In this document: one piece after another, positions 62,342-64,000 of the stretch
Layout: each line of letters begins with the position of its first letter
Position numbering within the stretch: the first letter of the stretch is position 1
From: a virus
Taxonomy: Duplodnaviria; Heunggongvirae; Uroviricota; Caudoviricetes
Virus record (IMG/VR): IMGVR_UViG_3300048577_000420
Span: 22,579-86,578 of that record
Direction: 5' to 3' (one strand)
DNA length: 64,000 nt
Position numbers and translations under genes: made by a program
The notes under the pieces: model-generated
The model's input: only the letters and a program-made list of their open reading frames with translations
Told to the model about the DNA's origin: nothing
Databases searched by the model: none

Positions 62342-64000
62342 GTGGAACTGGCCTTCTACGGCCGCGTGTCGACAGAGGACGCGCAGGACCCGGAGGCGTC
62401 CCGCGCCTGGCAACTTCGCCGGGCGCGGGACCTCGTTGAGCCGCTCGGCCACCGCATCGTGGTCGAGTACTTCGACATCGGCCAGAGCCGCTCCCTCCCC
62501 TGGAAGCGCCGCCGCGAGGCGAGCCGCCTGCTTGAGGACGTCCAGGGCGCCGGGCGCACGTTCCAGGGCATCGTCGTCGGCGAGCCCCAGCGCGCGTTCT
62601 ACGGCAACCAGTTCTCGCTGACCTTCCCGGTGCTGGTCCACTACGGCGTCGCCCTGTGGGTGCCGGAGGTCGGCGGCAAGGTCGACCCGGACTCCGAGGC
62701 GCACGACCTCGTGATGTCCCTCTTCGGCGGCATGTCGAAGGGCGAGCGGTCCCGCATCCGCACGAGGACCCGCCTGGCGATGCACGAGCTCGCCGCGAAC
62801 ACGGACCGCTTCCTCGGGGGGCGGCCGCCGTACGGCTACCAGCTGGCCGACGCCGGGCCGCACCCGAACCCCTCGAAGGCGGCGGCGGGCCAGCGGGCGC
62901 ACCGGCTGGAGCCCGACCCCATCACCGCGCCGCACGTGCGCACGATCTTCCACGCGTACGCCCAGGGTGCCGGCCTGCGCGAGATCGCCGACTCGCTCAC
63001 CTCGGCTGGGGTGCCCTCGCCGTCGGCGTACGACCGGCGCCGGAACTCCCACCGGGACCCTCGCGGCTGGTCGCACAGCGCCGTGCGCGCGATCCTGGCG
63101 AACCCGGCCTACAGCGGCGTCCGGGCCTGGGGCAAGCAGGAGAAGTACGAGACCCTCATGGACGTCGAGGACGTCGCCCTGGGCACCCAGGTCCGGATGC
63201 GCTGGCGCGACGCCGACGCGTGGGTGCGGCCCCACAGCAAGACGCACGAGGCGCTGGTGGACGACGACACGTTCGCCACCGTCCAGGGTCGCCTCGGCGC
63301 GCCGGGGCACAACGCCGACGCGACCCGGAAGCCCCGGGAGTCGGCCCACGTCTACACGCTGCGCGGCCTGCTTTACTGCGGCCTCTGCGGGCGCCGGATG
63401 CAGGGCGCGCGTCGCCCGAACCGCACCGAGGGCAGCGACCGCATCCTCTACCGCTGCGAGCTGATGCGGGGCCGGTCCATCGGCGACGAGTGCCCGGGCC
63501 ACCCGAAGACCGTCTACCTCAACGAGGCCGAGGTCGTGCCGCAGATCGACGCCTGGCTGGGCGGTCTGATGGCCGACACCTCGTGGCTCCTGGACTCCCA
63601 GCGGGCCGTCCGCGAGCCCGCCGAAGTGGTCGCGCTCCGCGAGCGCGCACGGGAGGTGGACGCCGCCCTGGCGAACCTCATGGCCGCCATCGAGCGGGGC
63701 GTGATGTCCGAGGCGATCCTCAGCCAGCTCCAGCAGCGGGAGGCCGAGAAGGCCGGGATCGCGGCCCGTCTGGCGGCCGTTGACCGGCCTCGGGAGGGCA
63801 TGTCGGCCGCCGACATCCGGGCCGTCATGGAGGCGTTCGGGGGCATGGCGGAGGTGCTCGCGCAGGCGACTCCGGAGGAGCGCGCGGCGGCGTATCAGAC
63901 CGTTGACCTGCGGCTTGACTTCGACCCGGGTACCAGGGAGATCGCCGCTGCGGCCGACCCGACCGCGTGTGTCGCTAACCGTGTCCGGAGGGGGACTTGA
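62342..64000 (+). CDS. int: Large serine recombinase (phage integrase), truncated at the window end
   Basis: N-terminal resolvase catalytic domain YGRVSTEDAQ with catalytic Ser. Recombinase domain and Zn-ribbon Cys (CGLCGRRM..C) further downstream. Confidence 0.85.
   Translation: MELAFYGRVSTEDAQDPEASRAWQLRRARDLVEPLGHRIVVEYFDIGQSRSLPWKRRREASRLLEDVQGAGRTFQGIVVGEPQRAFYGNQFSLTFPVLVHYGVALWVPEVGGKVDPDSEAHDLVMSLFGGMSKGERSRIRTRTRLAMHELAANTDRFLGGRPPYGYQLADAGPHPNPSKAAAGQRAHRLEPDPITAPHVRTIFHAYAQGAGLREIADSLTSAGVPSPSAYDRRRNSHRDPRGWSHSAVRAILANPAYSGVRAWGKQEKYETLMDVEDVALGTQVRMRWRDADAWVRPHSKTHEALVDDDTFATVQGRLGAPGHNADATRKPRESAHVYTLRGLLYCGLCGRRMQGARRPNRTEGSDRILYRCELMRGRSIGDECPGHPKTVYLNEAEVVPQIDAWLGGLMADTSWLLDSQRAVREPAEVVALRERAREVDAALANLMAAIERGVMSEAILSQLQQREAEKAGIAARLAAVDRPREGMSAADIRAVMEAFGGMAEVLAQATPEERAAAYQTVDLRLDFDPGTREIAAAADPTACVANRVRRGT

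Noticed and set aside
1-64000. CRISPR arrays, rRNA, tRNA, IS elements and transposases
   Set aside because: No repeat-spacer periodicity was seen, no rRNA- or tRNA-like segments, and no transposase or terminal inverted repeat signature. The only recombinase is the terminal serine integrase.

Overview
The window is 64 kb of high-GC (about 70%) actinobacterial DNA, and almost all of it appears to be one temperate siphovirus-like prophage with genes tightly packed on the + strand. Host type is inferred from the phage-encoded Lsr2 and WhiB-like proteins and an endolysin with PG_binding_1 repeats. From left to right the layout is as follows.

- **1-2900:** a poorly resolved left region with small leftward ORFs, hairpins and one copy of the phage inverted-repeat (IR) motif.
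- **2908-5264:** an Lsr2-like xenogeneic silencer, a sigma-70-family sigma factor and small partner ORFs.
- **5382-7329:** a lysis cassette (XhlA-like, amidase endolysin with two PG-binding repeats, holin).
- **7394-12160:** tail-fibre-like genes (collar domain, tandemly duplicated CBM-like domain, plus a paralogue).
- **12153-15827:** an accessory island with a leftward HTH regulator, a 360-bp divergent control region, an SF1 UvrD-like helicase and a 315-aa partner.
- **15900-32364:** the packaging/head/tail module (TerS-like HTH, TerL, portal, protease-like, metallophosphoesterase, scaffold, capsid, head-tail connectors, a leftward moron, major tail protein with Ig-like domain, tail-assembly chaperones with a classic -1 frameshift site).
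- **32384-44498:** the 1715-aa tape measure protein, distal tail and tip proteins, and a GT-A glycosyltransferase.
- **45000-45357:** a 360-bp non-coding control hub.
- **45358-62337:** the early region (Cas4-like exonuclease, Sak4-like ATPase, primase-helicase, RuvC-like resolvase, WhiB-like regulator, a fusion of a nucleoside 2-deoxyribosyltransferase-like domain with a dNTP pyrophosphohydrolase domain, translationally coupled to an SPFH/band-7 protein, and many small Cys-rich ORFs).
- **62342-64000:** a large serine integrase, truncated at the window end.

The most striking non-coding signal is a near-perfect 18-bp inverted repeat, TTCCTGC-N4-GCAGGAA (usually TTCCTGCGCTAGCAGGAA), found at least 12 times across the window, mostly in intergenic regions upstream of operons and once as a tandem pair. 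Three of these copies are followed within 13-35 bp by a LexA/Cheo-like box, GAAC-N4-GTTCGAT. Together these look like a genome-wide operator (stoperator-like) network, possibly coupled to the host SOS response. No rRNA, tRNA or CRISPR was detected. All functional calls come from reading translated ORFs for recognisable motifs; no database search was possible.
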